From contig NC_042998.1 in NCBI RefSeq assembly GCF_006345805.1, positions 149,110,001 to 149,174,000 of the forward strand: a stretch of DNA of 64,000 nucleotides. Reading direction: 5' to 3'. The position numbers and the translations under genes are program-made. Below are positions 1 through 15,051 of this stretch, one piece after another (within the stretch, counting starts at the first letter, position 1; each line of letters begins with the position of its first letter). Source of the DNA: Octopus sinensis (taxonomy: Eukaryota). Under the pieces are notes generated by a model that ran no database searches, was not told the DNA's origin, and saw nothing but the letters and a program-made list of their open reading frames with translations.

Positions 1-437
1 GATGGTGGTGGTAGTGGTGGTGGTGGTGGTGATGATGATGATGATAATGATGATGAAGAAGCTGGCAACGACTACGACAACAAAAACAATGATATAATTA
101 AGATGAAAACGGAAAATGATAATGATAGTAATGATGATCAGAAGGAGGAAAAAGGGGAGGTGAAGGAAGAAGTGTTGGTGGAAGGGAAAGTATGTTGTGT
201 TGAAGGTGGAGAGTACGATCGTCATCATGGAGGGGTAGAGGATAGGCATGATGATCACAAGATGATGATGATGATGATGAAGTGGAGGCTGGTGATGACG
301 ACGACGATAATAATGAGGATGGTGATGATGATAATGATGATGACGTGATGATGATGTAGCAAGGAGGGTAATGATCCCTCTCAATATCTCCGCTACCACC
401 ACCACCGGTGCCACCGCCGCCGCCACCACCACCGCTA

Positions 438-490
<53 letters not shown>

Positions 491-501
491 GCCGCCACCG
501 C

Positions 502-535
<34 letters not shown>

Positions 536-560
536 GCCACCGCCGCTCTCGCCGCAAACC
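1..560. repeat. Compound trinucleotide microsatellites (GGT/GAT)n followed by a GC-rich (CCA/CCG)n tract at ~388-555
   Basis: Directly visible. The poly-G/P/T/A ORFs in the track here are repeat read-throughs. Confidence 0.9.
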
Positions 561-638
561 TTATCGTCGTCGTATTTTTTCCTTTTTTTGTGATATATGT
601 AAATGCCTGCATGTATTTGCACGAGCGTAGAGCACACG

Positions 639-3700
<3,062 letters not shown>

Positions 3701-4372
3701 TATACATGAGTGTGTGCATTTATGCCTAGATGTGTCTCTGTGTGTAAATGTACCTAAAAACCCGAAGCTGTAAAGAAGAAACCAAGAATATATTAATTAC
3801 GAACTTTCAACACCCAGTATTTTACAGCCTCACAAACCTCACTGATTAGTGAAAGAAAATTAAAATTAGGTCTAATTTAACTTTTTTAACTGTGGTAAGC
3901 AGTCAACGTAAATTGTTGTCTTCAATTTTTACATCTACTAAATTTCTAAGCATTAATTCCGGTAGACTGGCTAATTAAGGTTCCACCAAAATCAACATGC
4001 TTTCAAAATTCCAAAAAGATCTTTTGGATCAAGTCTATTAAAGACATATTATCTTTAAGATTTAACAATATCAGAAACTATGAGATACTTTGGAAGGTAT
4101 TCGAACACACAAACAATCGTGGTTGTGATTGTTGTCATCTGCATTTCATGGAAAGCGAATGTGTTGCTCGATGGGTACACCATATTGAATACTCATAAAG
4201 CCTGATAGCGTACTTTTGCTTGCTACGAATACAACAGAAAAGTTTCTTTTCTTATCTTGTCTCTCACTTTCAATGAAATGACGTCATAAGTTAAAATTTT
4301 GGGTGTCTTACAAGTTGTACTCCAAACGTTTTGACACTTTTACAGAGGAGACATTTATTAATTTCAAACAAG

Positions 4373-4797
4373 TAGGCACAGGAGTGGGTATACGTGCAGG
4401 AGTGGCTGTGTGGTATGTAGCTTGCTTGCCAACCACATAGTTCCGAGTTCAGTCACACTACTTTAGCCTTGTGAGTGGATATGGTAGACGAAAACTAAAG
4501 AATTCCGTCGTATATATATATATATATATATTTATATACACACATATATATATATATATATATGTGTATGTGTGTGTGTGTGTGTGTGTTTGTGTGTCTG
4601 TGTTTGTCACTACACCATCGCTTGACAAGCGATGTTGGTGTGTTTATGTCCCTGTAACTTAGCGTTTCGGCATAAGACACCGATAGAATAAGTACTAGGC
4701 TTACAAAGAATAAGTCCTGGGGTTGATTTGTTCGACTAAAGCCAGTGCTCCAGCATGGCCGTATTCAAATGACTGAAACAAATAAAAAGTAAAGAAA
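4373..4797 (+). mobile_element. tRNA-derived SINE, family B, with internal (TA)n(GT)n microsatellite
   Basis: GCAGGAGTGGCTGTGTGG head and GAGTTCAGTC B-box-like motif. Body GTAACTTAGCG...GTACTAGGCTTACAAAGAATAAGTCC...CCAGCATGGCC is shared with copies at 7646, 14619, 15050, 28817 and 56848. Confidence 0.85.
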
Positions 4798-4804
4798 GAC
4801 TCTA

Positions 4805-5095
4805 ATCTCTTTCGAAGTTAGTTCCTTTGACTTCAATGCACTTGTAGCGCTCCGGCCACTTTGTGAAGGCCTCATGGAGTCCTCCAAAATGAATGTTTCC
4901 AAGATCTGTGTTACAGCCTCCATCTTGTCAATGTCTTCAAAACGACTGGCCCTGAGGTTCTCCGTCAGCTTAGAGAACAACCAAAGGTCAAAGGCAGCAA
5001 GGCCTGGACTATAGGGAGATTGAAGGACAGTTTTGATGTCCATCTCTGTCAAGTTGCTGGTTACCAGGATGGAATTGTGACGAGCAGCGTTTAGT
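4805..5095 (-). pseudogene. mariner transposase C-terminal remnant
   Basis: Translation ARHNSILVTSNLTEMDIKTVLQSPYSPGLAAFDLWLFSKLTENLRASRFEDI matches the mariner PYSPDLAPxDFxLFxKLK motif. Frameshifted downstream. Confidence 0.8.
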
Positions 5096-5847
5096 ATAGT
5101 GCGTTCGAAATGCTGTTACGCCTGTTTCCTTCAATCTGGAATAACAAAAGTCGGCAAGTCAGCTTATTTGATTTATAGTGATTATATGCTAAAATTACTT
5201 CGATCTAAGATAGTTATAACTAAAGAAGTTTCAAAATTTCTGGAATGCACCTCCTACTTCAAAATGCTTAGCGAGTGAATGTCATGAAGTTTTGAATAAG
5301 GCAGTTAATGCTCCAACCAAATTAAGGTTTTCTGTTGTTAATGGGGATCGAATAGTCACTACTTTGTATTTCTTGTATAAAATTGCTTCATCAATGTTCG
5401 TTGGTTCTTCAGAATTGACAAAATATGAAGCTCCGTTAATTTTTTTTAAAGTTCACTTTCATAAGAATTTCATGCTATTCTACTTCAATGGATGAAGTTC
5501 TTTTTTTCTCTAGAATGTGTGGATGTGTGTATGGCTGTGCACATGGATGTGATATAAACTTAATTTTTGTTTCGTATGAAATTGCTTAATGTTTAAATTA
5601 ATGTTTCTCTTATATTTCTCTGTAGTTTCTTCCATTCTAATGCTGGAATTCCAGAATCCGTACACAGAAATCTTCAACCGGATTTGATCGAAGTTGGTGC
5701 GACGTGTGACATTACCAATGTTTTGTCTGCCGCTTTGAAACCTTTACCAAAATTACCATACTATGTTTAAATTTTGATATTAACTTGTAGACATAGAATG
5801 CAAATTTTGATCTCAGCCCATTGACATCTTACATCGGCTTATCTTGA

Positions 5848-6317
5848 ACTAGCAGCATAGCCCGGCGTTGTCCGGGTATGTAAGAGCCCCTAGTAGGCAA
5901 CGACTAATCCCAATCTAGTCCTTTCCCTCTAGGGAACGAAGGCGCATGTGTAGGTTGCAATGTCTTCTCTTCACTCGAATACTTATGTGTATATTTTCTG
6001 ATGGTAATGTATTGCATGGAAAACTAACATCAGAATTAAGTTTCTTAGGGTAACATTAAGCTTCACCATGAGTTTGGTGAAAATCGATTGCAAGTTGCGA
6101 AAACTACAACAGAAAATGCTTAGATTCTCGACCCCAGTCAAATTTATCGATTTTTTTCAGAACTGGAGGAACTTTTCAAAATTTTCGCTGCGTTTGTTTT
6201 GAATTATGACATTGGGCTATGTGTGTGTTAAGTTTCATCAGAATCGGTTGAAAGCCGTGGTCAGGGTGAGGGTACAACCTCACAGACAGACAAACTGCCG
6301 TTTATATAGAGAGAGAT
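5848..6317 (+). mobile_element. Non-autonomous Helentron/Helitron-like element (HINE/DINE-1/Lep1-type architecture)
   Basis: 5' ACTAGCAGCATAGCCCGGCGTTGTCCGGG with a short hairpin (CCCGG/CCGGG). 3' ACAGACAGACAAAC...TTTTATATAGAGAGAGAT. These termini are typical of HINE-like elements. Confidence 0.6.
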
Positions 6318-7328
6318 TTAACTTCAACAACTATGGCAATATTTCGATGAAGATTGCTGTTTGCAGATTGCAGATTCCTGGAGGCGAAACTCTGATAAGA
6401 AAGAATCTACTAGCATTAAAAGTGTTCATTCGCGCACGTGAGTGCTTGCGTGTGTATGTTAGATACATTTTTCAATAACAATTTGACTCGGTTTCACATG
6501 ATTCTGCTGAAAGTATCTGATGGGATGGACGTGTCCGACGCGCTCACGAAACCGAAATTCATGTGGAGTTGGGTCAAACTGCCTTTTAAAAGATACCTCT
6601 CTGTGTGTGTATGTGTTTGTGTGTGTGTGTGTGTGTGTGTAAATGGATCCACCACTCTAATAATCGGTGCATTTCCCTGGGACAACTGAATACTAATTCT
6701 AATATTCCTTCACTTACCTTCTTTTAGCCTCAGGTTCCTATGAGTGCTGACTGAGATACCTGCCTGTGTTGCTTAAGTCCTTGTTCTTGTACTATATCTA
6801 TATCTATGTTATTTAGCACAACCGTTACTCGCGTGTGAATACATGATAGTAGCTTTTGCTTATTGTTTTAGCTGACACATGCACCCTTCCGGCCCTCCTA
6901 ACCTTGACCCAGCAGAGTATCACAGAAGTAACAGTTGGAGGGAAAGAAGACAGCCGCACGATGAAAATGAAGGTTGATTTCAGTGGCATTTGAACCTAAA
7001 ATGCAGAGCGTTGGAACAAATAACGCATGACATTCTGTTCGAACTCTACTAGTTCGACACTTGTAGATAGAGGTCGGGTTAAGATTTTAATGGCTCCGAG
7101 AGGAAGAGTTTTTATCTACTAATTGCTTGAATATTCTTTATTGGTTTTGGAAATTTATCTTTTTGTTCTGCTCATAATGTTACACAAGGATGATTTTGCC
7201 GTATTTGTATTAAAGATATGGAATACGTTCCTTAAGTATCAAGCTTCAATCAGATTATTGGAATTCGTAATCAGAGTCACTACACATCCTCTGCTTCCAT
7301 ACACAGAGAGAGAGACGGGGTAGAGGGA

Positions 7329-7470
7329 GAAAATGCTTAGTGGTATTTTGTCCGTCTTACGCTCTGAATTCAAATTCTGCCGAGATCGACTTTGTTTTCC
7401 AACATTTGGGGGTCGGTAAAATAAACACAAGTTGAGCACGAGGAGGTCGATGTATCCGACTTAGCCCCTT
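7329..7470 (+). mobile_element. Degraded SINE family A fragment
   Basis: CTGAATTCAAATTCTGCCGAGATCGACTTTG...GGGGTCGGTAAAATAA aligns to the 1607 copy. Confidence 0.6.
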
Positions 7471-7702
7471 CTGCCAAAATTTGAATCTAAAATATTGCAT
7501 GTGTGCTATTCTACCTTATTCGTATTTCGTGAGCAGAATGTTGCCCTAAGTAATTTTTTCTCAGTCATATTACTATTTCTCTTCACCAGACTGGGGTGTC
7601 TCAAAGTTTCAAAGGTATTATTTTGTAATAGTTAAACTAGATGATGGCCGACCAAAGCTTTGTCAGTGGATTTGGTAAGCGGAAACTGAAAGAAGCCTGT
7701 CG

Positions 7703-7734
<32 letters not shown>

Positions 7735-7738
<4 letters not shown>

Positions 7739-7948
7739 AAATGTAACCAGATGTGAATCGTTGGCGATTTTTTTCTCCGTCTTCCTTTTCTCTTAGACTT
7801 TCCTCTGTCTCTTGTGTCTGAAGAAGAGCTTTCCTCGAAACGTAAAACTACCTTTCTTTCTTCCCCTGAGCGTCTGCTAATACGGTGCATTTGCCACGTC
7901 CTCGCGTTGTTGTTTTATTTTCTTGTGTTCTTCGTTTTTGGGATTTAC
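7735..7948 (+). mobile_element. ~210-bp Penelope pseudo-LTR-like element carrying a minimal hammerhead motif
   Basis: Colinear homologue at 31661-31869 (AATGTAACC...TT(A/G)GACT...GAAGAAG..GC..CTC.AAACGTAAAACTAC...CT|ATA). Both are flanked by (TA)n. Confidence 0.6.
7814..7848 (+). ncRNA. Minimal type-I hammerhead ribozyme motif (intact core)
   Basis: CTGAAGA 7818-7824, stem II GAG/CTC, GAAA 7837-7840, palindromic ACGT stem III, GTA triplet 7842-7844, stem I GTGT/AAAC (3 of 4 pairs). Confidence 0.6.
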
Positions 7949-8942
7949 TATATATATATATGTGTGTGTGTATGTGTATGTCTTTGTGTCTTTGTTTGTC
8001 CCTACAACCATCCCCACCATCACCACCACCACCACTTGACAACCGGTGCTGGTGCGTTTACGTCCCCGTAACTAAGCAGTTCGGCAAAAACGACAGATAA
8101 AATAAGCTACATACTTTAAAAGAATAGTGCTGTAGTCGATACATTCAACTAAAACATTTTCAAAACTTTATCCCAGTATGGCTGCAGTCTAATGACTAAA
8201 ATAGATAAAATGTAAATAAAAGATAAAAGATATGCAAAACAAAACAAAACAAAGAAACCTTACAAAAGCATAAAAGAAAAAAGGCTTGGAAAACTAAGGC
8301 CAAATTAATAGCTAATATATGGTTTCACTACACATGAGTTAGAGCCTAAAGACAGGTCCACGCCATGATGTATGACGTCAGAAGTAATCGTATGAGATCA
8401 GATGCGAAGTGAAGAAGACTTTAAAGTTCTCGGCCTGTCTAGACATGTTTTGTTTCTCTCATTTGCAATCACTGGCTGTAAAAGTATTGAGTCAAAATGA
8501 AGGTTTACTGTTAATCCGGCAAGTTGAAACAACATACTAAGCTGATGTAGTCTCTGCCCAGGTAAGACAAACATGTAACTGTCTTGAAACATCTTCAATA
8601 TTTAAGTGAAGAGTGTGAAGACGATCTACTGGTTTGTGGAGGAGTGGTCGGATCCAAACACAGACTGGAAATTATTGAACAAGAAGAAAAAAATTATAGA
8701 CGAATAATAAAAAGCAACCTAAAAAGAATTTTAAAAAAACTGAAGAATGTACAAAAAAAGGAGAAAATTATCTGAAGAGAAAATAGACTTCAAAATCGGA
8801 ATGATTTCAAATTTAGTAAATGAGGAATGAAGGAACATTACAAGGACATAACAAATTGCACTAACATACACACACATACACATTATTAATAAATAAATAA
8901 ATGAATATATATATATATACATATATGTATGCATGTATATAT

Positions 8943-9001
<59 letters not shown>

Positions 9002-9060
9002 TATACATATATATATATATATATGAATATACATATATGTATATATGAATATATATGTGC

Positions 9061-9101
<41 letters not shown>

Positions 9102-9228
9102 CATACATATATATATATATATATAAATACACGCACACCGCACTCACACACACAGATGCACAGACACAGACACATGCACTAACACACACACGAACACACA
9201 CAGATGCACAAACAAACAAACAAACAAA

Positions 9229-9280
<52 letters not shown>

Positions 9281-10078
9281 AACACACACCTACGTAAATA
9301 AAAAGCAGACCAAAAGACAAAAGATTTCAGTTGCCAAATGTGTACTCCCTCAGCGATAAAACGCAAAGAATTTTTGCCAATAACAATAGAAAAATTGCAA
9401 CAACAATAGCACCATCAAAGTAATAGCAACAACAACAGCAGCAGCGGCAGCAGCAAAAACAACAATAATAAAAGTGTTTACTGCTTTCCTGTTACTGCTA
9501 CTGACCTATATATTTCTAAAATATAAACCGCAGTGATAACTGGTTTAATGCACTTGCTACTGCCAAAGTGAGAAATCTCTGGTTTTTATTGAAATCAGTT
9601 TGGTTGCCAAAGCGAAGAAATGTCTTCTAGCTGTGACTATTTCAAATTAGGGCTCCAGAAAATGATTTCCTATTTCTTGCTGATATATTTTTTAATCATG
9701 GTTCATTTTAAAATTGTTTGTAGATCGGCAAATGACAGAAGATCGAGGGTTGTATGATATCTTTTGAATAACCGATGATAGTTTTTACTCATTAATAATT
9801 GTATATAATACAGCACAATGGCAGAAATTTTAGAGGGGAAGGGAGTAATCAATATCTTTGACTCCAGTATTTGAGAGTATTCTATTTTATCAATCTCTGA
9901 AGAATGTAATGCGAAGTTGGCCTCTGCTGGATTTTATCACAGAACGTTGTTTATTCATAAATAATAGTTTTTAAAAAGATACAAAAAAATGGCAGAATAC
10001 TAAAATTAGTAACTGCATGAAATTTTAATGATCTACGGGTCGGATCCTACCTTGTACAACTTTAATTTAGTTTTTTGC

Positions 10079-10126
<48 letters not shown>

Positions 10127-10183
10127 ACACACACACACACGCACACACACACACACACACACACAACACACACACACACATAC

Positions 10184-10260
<77 letters not shown>

Positions 10261-10261
<1 letters not shown>

Positions 10262-11545
10262 GAGACGAGTATGAAAAGTTTTGAGCCTAACCTAGAAATG
10301 GGACTGCTATATAGCTGAAACAATTTTTTCTGGTAAGTAGAGTCTTTTGGGAGTATTCTTGCTCATTTTCATGATTCTGATATTTTAATTATTTTTATTG
10401 CAGATTTTTGAATAAACAAGCTTCGAGTTTACAAGGAAAATGGAGAAAACTGAGTATCGTGCTGTCATAAAGGACCTTCATTTGAAAGGCATGACTCCAT
10501 CAGAAATCCATGAAGATATGGTGAGAACCTTAACAGACAATGCTCCTTCATATGCAACAGTCAAACGCTGGGTAAATGAATTCAAGCGTGGTAGGGAGAG
10601 TGTGGAAGATGATCCCACACCAGGGAGACCTCTAACGGCGAACCACCAAGGACAACCTTGACCCTGCTCTTGGTATAATAATGCAAGATCGCCGAATATC
10701 ATGTCGTCAGATAGCTGAGAGACTGGGCATCTCAACTGAAAGAGCAGACAACATTGTGACAAAAGAACTTCGGTTCTCAAAGGTTTCTGCAGGATGGGTC
10801 CCTCGCCTTTTGACTCCTGAACAGAAATCCACCAGGTGCTCTTTGTTCACGAGCAATCTGGAACTGTTTGAAGCCGATGAAGAGAATTTTCTTGCTCGTT
10901 TTATTACTATGGACGAAAGTTGGGTTCATCACTACCAGCCTGAAACCAAAGAACAATCAAAGTAGTGGAAGCACACATCTTCTCCTATCCCAAAGAAGGC
11001 CAGGGCCATTCCTTCAGCTTGCAAGGTCATGGCATCCGTTTTTGGGGATTCTCAAGGTCGATTAGCTTGAAAAGAGTCACACCGTGACAAGGCTGCATTA
11101 TTCTCAGCTACTGAAATGCCTCTGAGAAGCAATCTAAGAAAAAAGGCTAAGAATGCTCACCAGAGGAGTCCTTTTTCATCACGACAATGCTCCAGCCCAC
11201 ACCTCAGTGGTTGCCATGGCAACAATTCGTGATTATTGATACGAACTTGTTCCCCATCTGACTTATTCGCCAGACTTAGCCCCCTCTGACTTTCACCTGT
11301 TTCCAAAAATGAAAAAAGCCTTGGCTGGTCGCCATTTTGCCAGTGACAATGACGTCATAGATGGTGTAGGAAGTTTGTTGGAATCTCAAGCAAAGGAGTT
11401 CCTCTACGCCAGGATAATAGCGCTTCAGCACTGCTGGAGAAAGTGTTCAGCCATCGAGGGGGACTATGTAGAAAAATAAATCATCAGAAGTCTTCTACCA
11501 TGTTTTGTTTTGTTTTGAGGGTCAAGACTTTTCATACACCCCTCG
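10261..11545 (+). mobile_element. Full-length (1285 bp) mariner, probably irritans-like; transposase pseudogene 10440-11479
   Basis: TIRs CGAGACGAGTATGAAAAGTT vs CGAGGGGTGTATGAAAAGTC (16/20), TA at the 3' flank. Motifs GRP, WVPRLL, TMDESWVHHY, HHDNAPAH and YSPDLAPSDFHLF; D11183 and D11288 give DD34D spacing. Frameshifts and a TAG at 10963. Confidence 0.95.
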
Positions 11546-11715
11546 TATATATATACATACATACATACATACATACATACATACATACATACATACATAC
11601 ATACATACAGACATACATACATATATATACATGCACACATACGTAGGCGTGTGTTCTTGTTGATGTCTATGACTTTGTGAATATGAAGCTATCTGTGTTG
11701 CACACTCGCATTTGT

Positions 11716-12852
11716 ACATGTGTGTGTGTATGCACGCGCGCGCGTGTGTTGCTATAAATCTAAACTTCCGGTAGATAAATTCCGGAAGTATATGTAACGT
11801 TATCCAAATCTCTGAATTTGATAACTCTGGTTGATGTTTAAATCTAAACGCATTCATGTCGACTTGACTTTTCATATATTCAATCATGGATACCATTATT
11901 GAATATATGTATAAGTAATACACAGCGGATTAAAACAGTATAGCTATCTGACTGGTTATGCTGTGAGTTTCAATCTAGTGTCAGAGAGTGGTTATGTTTC
12001 TGGGCAGCACACCATATGCGTGCCCTAATTCATTTATGTCAGTCGTCATCAGAAAATGTTGTTTGTTAAGGGTACTTCGAAATTTGTGCAAAAGATTAAT
12101 TTGAAGACGGGAAGATCACTGCTAAATTCCTTTTTATTATAGTTCTGTTCGATTGTCTCCAACCAAACCACAATATTGCCACAACTCAATAACTAACTGA
12201 ACCTCAACAGCAGCAACCAGTAACACTCAAGGGGCTTTACTTCCCAGCTAGGGAAGTAAAATTACGTAGAATTCTGTATTTGCCTAAATATTGAGAGAGA
12301 CACACGAGCCTATGTGAATTTACAAGCCACGTGTTTTGTAGTTCACTGCGTTACTATCGTTATCAAATTTCACTGCTAGAATTATTTATTCTAATCCCAA
12401 AGGATCCCTTTAAGCGACAGCATAGCAGGAATTCGGTGATAGGAAAATCTCCATCGGGGAAAGGAAATTAGTCTTTGCACAAATTAATCTTTAGTTAATT
12501 TGGAATTACTAACCACTAACATTCCTTAATGAATTAGAGCATGTAAAAATATGGCGTCCTGCCCAGAAATATAACCAATCACCGGCGCGAGACTTGAACT
12601 CACAACTCCTAAGTTGTTAATCCAATAATTTGCCCAGGTAGTCAGCTATACTGCTTCAGTCCTTAGTATTACTACTCGTACAGATATATACCACATTATT
12701 GAATATGTAAAAGTCAACTTGACATGAATGCAGTTTGAATTAAACTTCAACCCGAGTCATCAAGTTCATATATGAGGGGTACGTTACACACACTTCCGGA
12801 ATTTATTTACCGGAAGTTTGTATTTACATCAACACTCGCGCGCACACACATC
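11716..12852. mobile_element. Foldback/MULE-like non-autonomous element with ~400-bp diverged inverted arms and a candidate 9-bp TSD
   Basis: ~11720-12130 is the reverse complement of ~12425-12850 in several colinear blocks. CGCATTTGT flanks both ends (11707-11715, 12853-12861). Confidence 0.5.
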
Positions 12853-13499
12853 CGCATTTGTCAATAATTTACCATCACATTCAAAAACAGGTTAGAAACA
12901 TCGCTAGCAGAAATTGAAAAAAACAAAATCCACAGATACGTCATACAATAATTTTGTCATTTTTCATCGAGAAGTTACAGACTGTCTTCTCATCAGGATT
13001 CAGTGAAATGCACAGTCACGTGACAGTCCGAATCAATTACTAAGGAGCACAATCTGATGAAGATTGCCACCAGTTTAATGTCAACCAAACTTTCCAAAAT
13101 GAATATCACTAAATTCAAAACCATCTCAACAAGATCTCACTTCCATTTGTAAAAAAGAACAACAAAAATATTTTGAAAATAAATTGAATGTGTTTGCGTA
13201 TCCAACCCCAAACAGTCCACTTTAACAGGGTTAATGGCCAATGAAATTAGTGAGAAGAAGTGTACAAATAAATTGAAACTAAAAGCCTGCAGGAATGACT
13301 GAAGGAGTGGAAAGAACATTTCCAGAACCACTCTTGATTTAGATAGAGCTATAAAAACAGTTTGGCATTAAAGTTGGTGATATTACATTGGGATTTTATG
13401 TGTACCAAAAAAGTTGGAAGGCAGCTGACTTGATAATATTCTACCAAATATCTGAGAGACAAAGATTCAAAGATATGCTGCTTCAAATTTCGCTATACT

Positions 13500-14320
13500 G
13501 TTTATAATGAACACCCAACTGAGAGATCGATTGAATCTCTTATTTTTCCACTTCCCAACGAAGATAATTTAGGCATGGCTACAAATTACAGTGGTGTTGG
13601 CCTTACTGTGATAGCAGCATAAATCTACAACAAATTGTTGAACTCAAGGTTTTCCAAAGGAACCAAAGCAGGTCCGAGAAAAATCGGTTTGCTATTGCAC
13701 AGATCTTAGCAGACTGAAGGAAAGTTCTTACTGTTTGTAAACTTTGCAAAAGCTTTCTATTCTGTCTATTATATGTAATCACAGTAATGATGCTTTTTCA
13801 GGACACAAATGATAACATTCGGTCACTTGACGGGGGCACCGATTTCTTTCATTATTGCAGGTGTTTTTGCGATGCGATGACAGATATTTCTTGAACTGTA
13901 AGATTCCACACTAAACATTGAATCGAATTATTCCAGATCTGCCATGCTGAATGGCTTCTGGCCACGTTATTTCTGTTGGCATCAACCTTGGCACCAATCA
14001 CACAGATCTCACCTTTCTAGGAGAAATATAAACGATATTGGCATTATCTCTCTTTCTCCGGTTTAATATTCAAGAGACAGTCCAGAGCAATTTGATAAAA
14101 ACCAAAATTTATGATGCAGGGCATGCATATAGAAAAGAACATCAGCATCAATATTAAAGTAAGAATCTAAACCGAAAACTATAAGAACCAAGCGTTGCAA
14201 TAATAATCTGAGGAAGTCAAAGTCTGATACGAAACCAACAATTCCAACATAGAATATTTTGATGATAATATCGTTAGACTGTATAAAGGTTAATAACCTC
14301 ACAAGCCCAGGAATGTGTCA
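13500..14320 (+). pseudogene. Highly degraded LINE reverse transcriptase (RTE-like)
   Basis: Fragments IFPLPNEDNLGMATNYSGVGLTVIAA*IYNKLL, LFVNFAKAFYSV and RSLDGGTDFF resemble RT motifs NYRGISL, FVDFxKAFDS and SPDGxTxFF. Confidence 0.6.
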
Positions 14321-14618
14321 ACGGGATAATATTTGGAACAGGAGAAAATTAAGAACGGTCGGCAGAATTAGTGAAATAATTTCACTGCATTGCTTTCCTT
14401 AGTTACTTGTCTGCAACTGGAGTGACATTATCCTTATCATCATTATCACCATTATATACATTCTCTCTCTCTCCCCTCCCTATCTCTTTCCTCGTCCCAT
14501 TCCACAGGCAAAGAACACGGGAAATAATTCTTTAACTCTCGTGGCTACTGAACTTGGAAAACTCTTTTAAGAATACTTTTGCACACATATATATTCACAC
14601 GCACGTACATTCAAGCAT

Positions 14619-14751
14619 GTACTAGGCTTACAAAGAATATGTCCTGAGGTCGATTTGCTCGACTAAAGGCGGTGGTCCAGCATGGCCTCAGTCAAATAAC
14701 TCAAACAAGTAAAGGAATATTTATATATATATATATGCATGCATATACACA

Positions 14752-14783
<32 letters not shown>

Positions 14784-15002
14784 CATTTAGACATACACAT
14801 ACACATATATATGTATAAGTATATATATATATACTCATACATATATATGTGTATGTGTATGTCTAAATGCATATAAGTAAAAGTGTGGTAAGGTGTATAA
14901 TGTATATGTATGTATGTATTTATGTATGTATGTATGTATGTATGTATGTATGTATGTATGTATGTATGCATGTATGTATGTATGTATGTATGTGTATATG
15001 CA

Positions 15003-15051
<49 letters not shown>

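Larger units (their letters stand above)
7646..8215 (+). mobile_element. 5'-truncated SINE family B interrupted by a Penelope-type insertion
   Basis: GGCCGACCAAAGC...GGAAACTGAAAGAAGCCTGTCG before the insertion; TTGACAACCGGTGCTGGTGCGTTTACGTCCCCGTAACT after it. Confidence 0.7.

Noticed and set aside
5270-5440. Minus-strand ~56-codon frame NGASYFVNSEEPTNIDEAILYKKYKVV...
   Set aside because: Short, bounded by stops, with no recognisable motif or clear splice pair.
8460-8775. Apparent splice donor CCAG/GTAAG at ~8560 and a 63-aa ORF
   Set aside because: No open upstream frame leads into the donor, and the ORF ends in A-rich low complexity.
12582-12655. tRNA gene
   Set aside because: B-box-like motif present, but acceptor and anticodon stems do not pair. 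It is part of a repeat arm. The SINE heads elsewhere are likewise not functional tRNAs.
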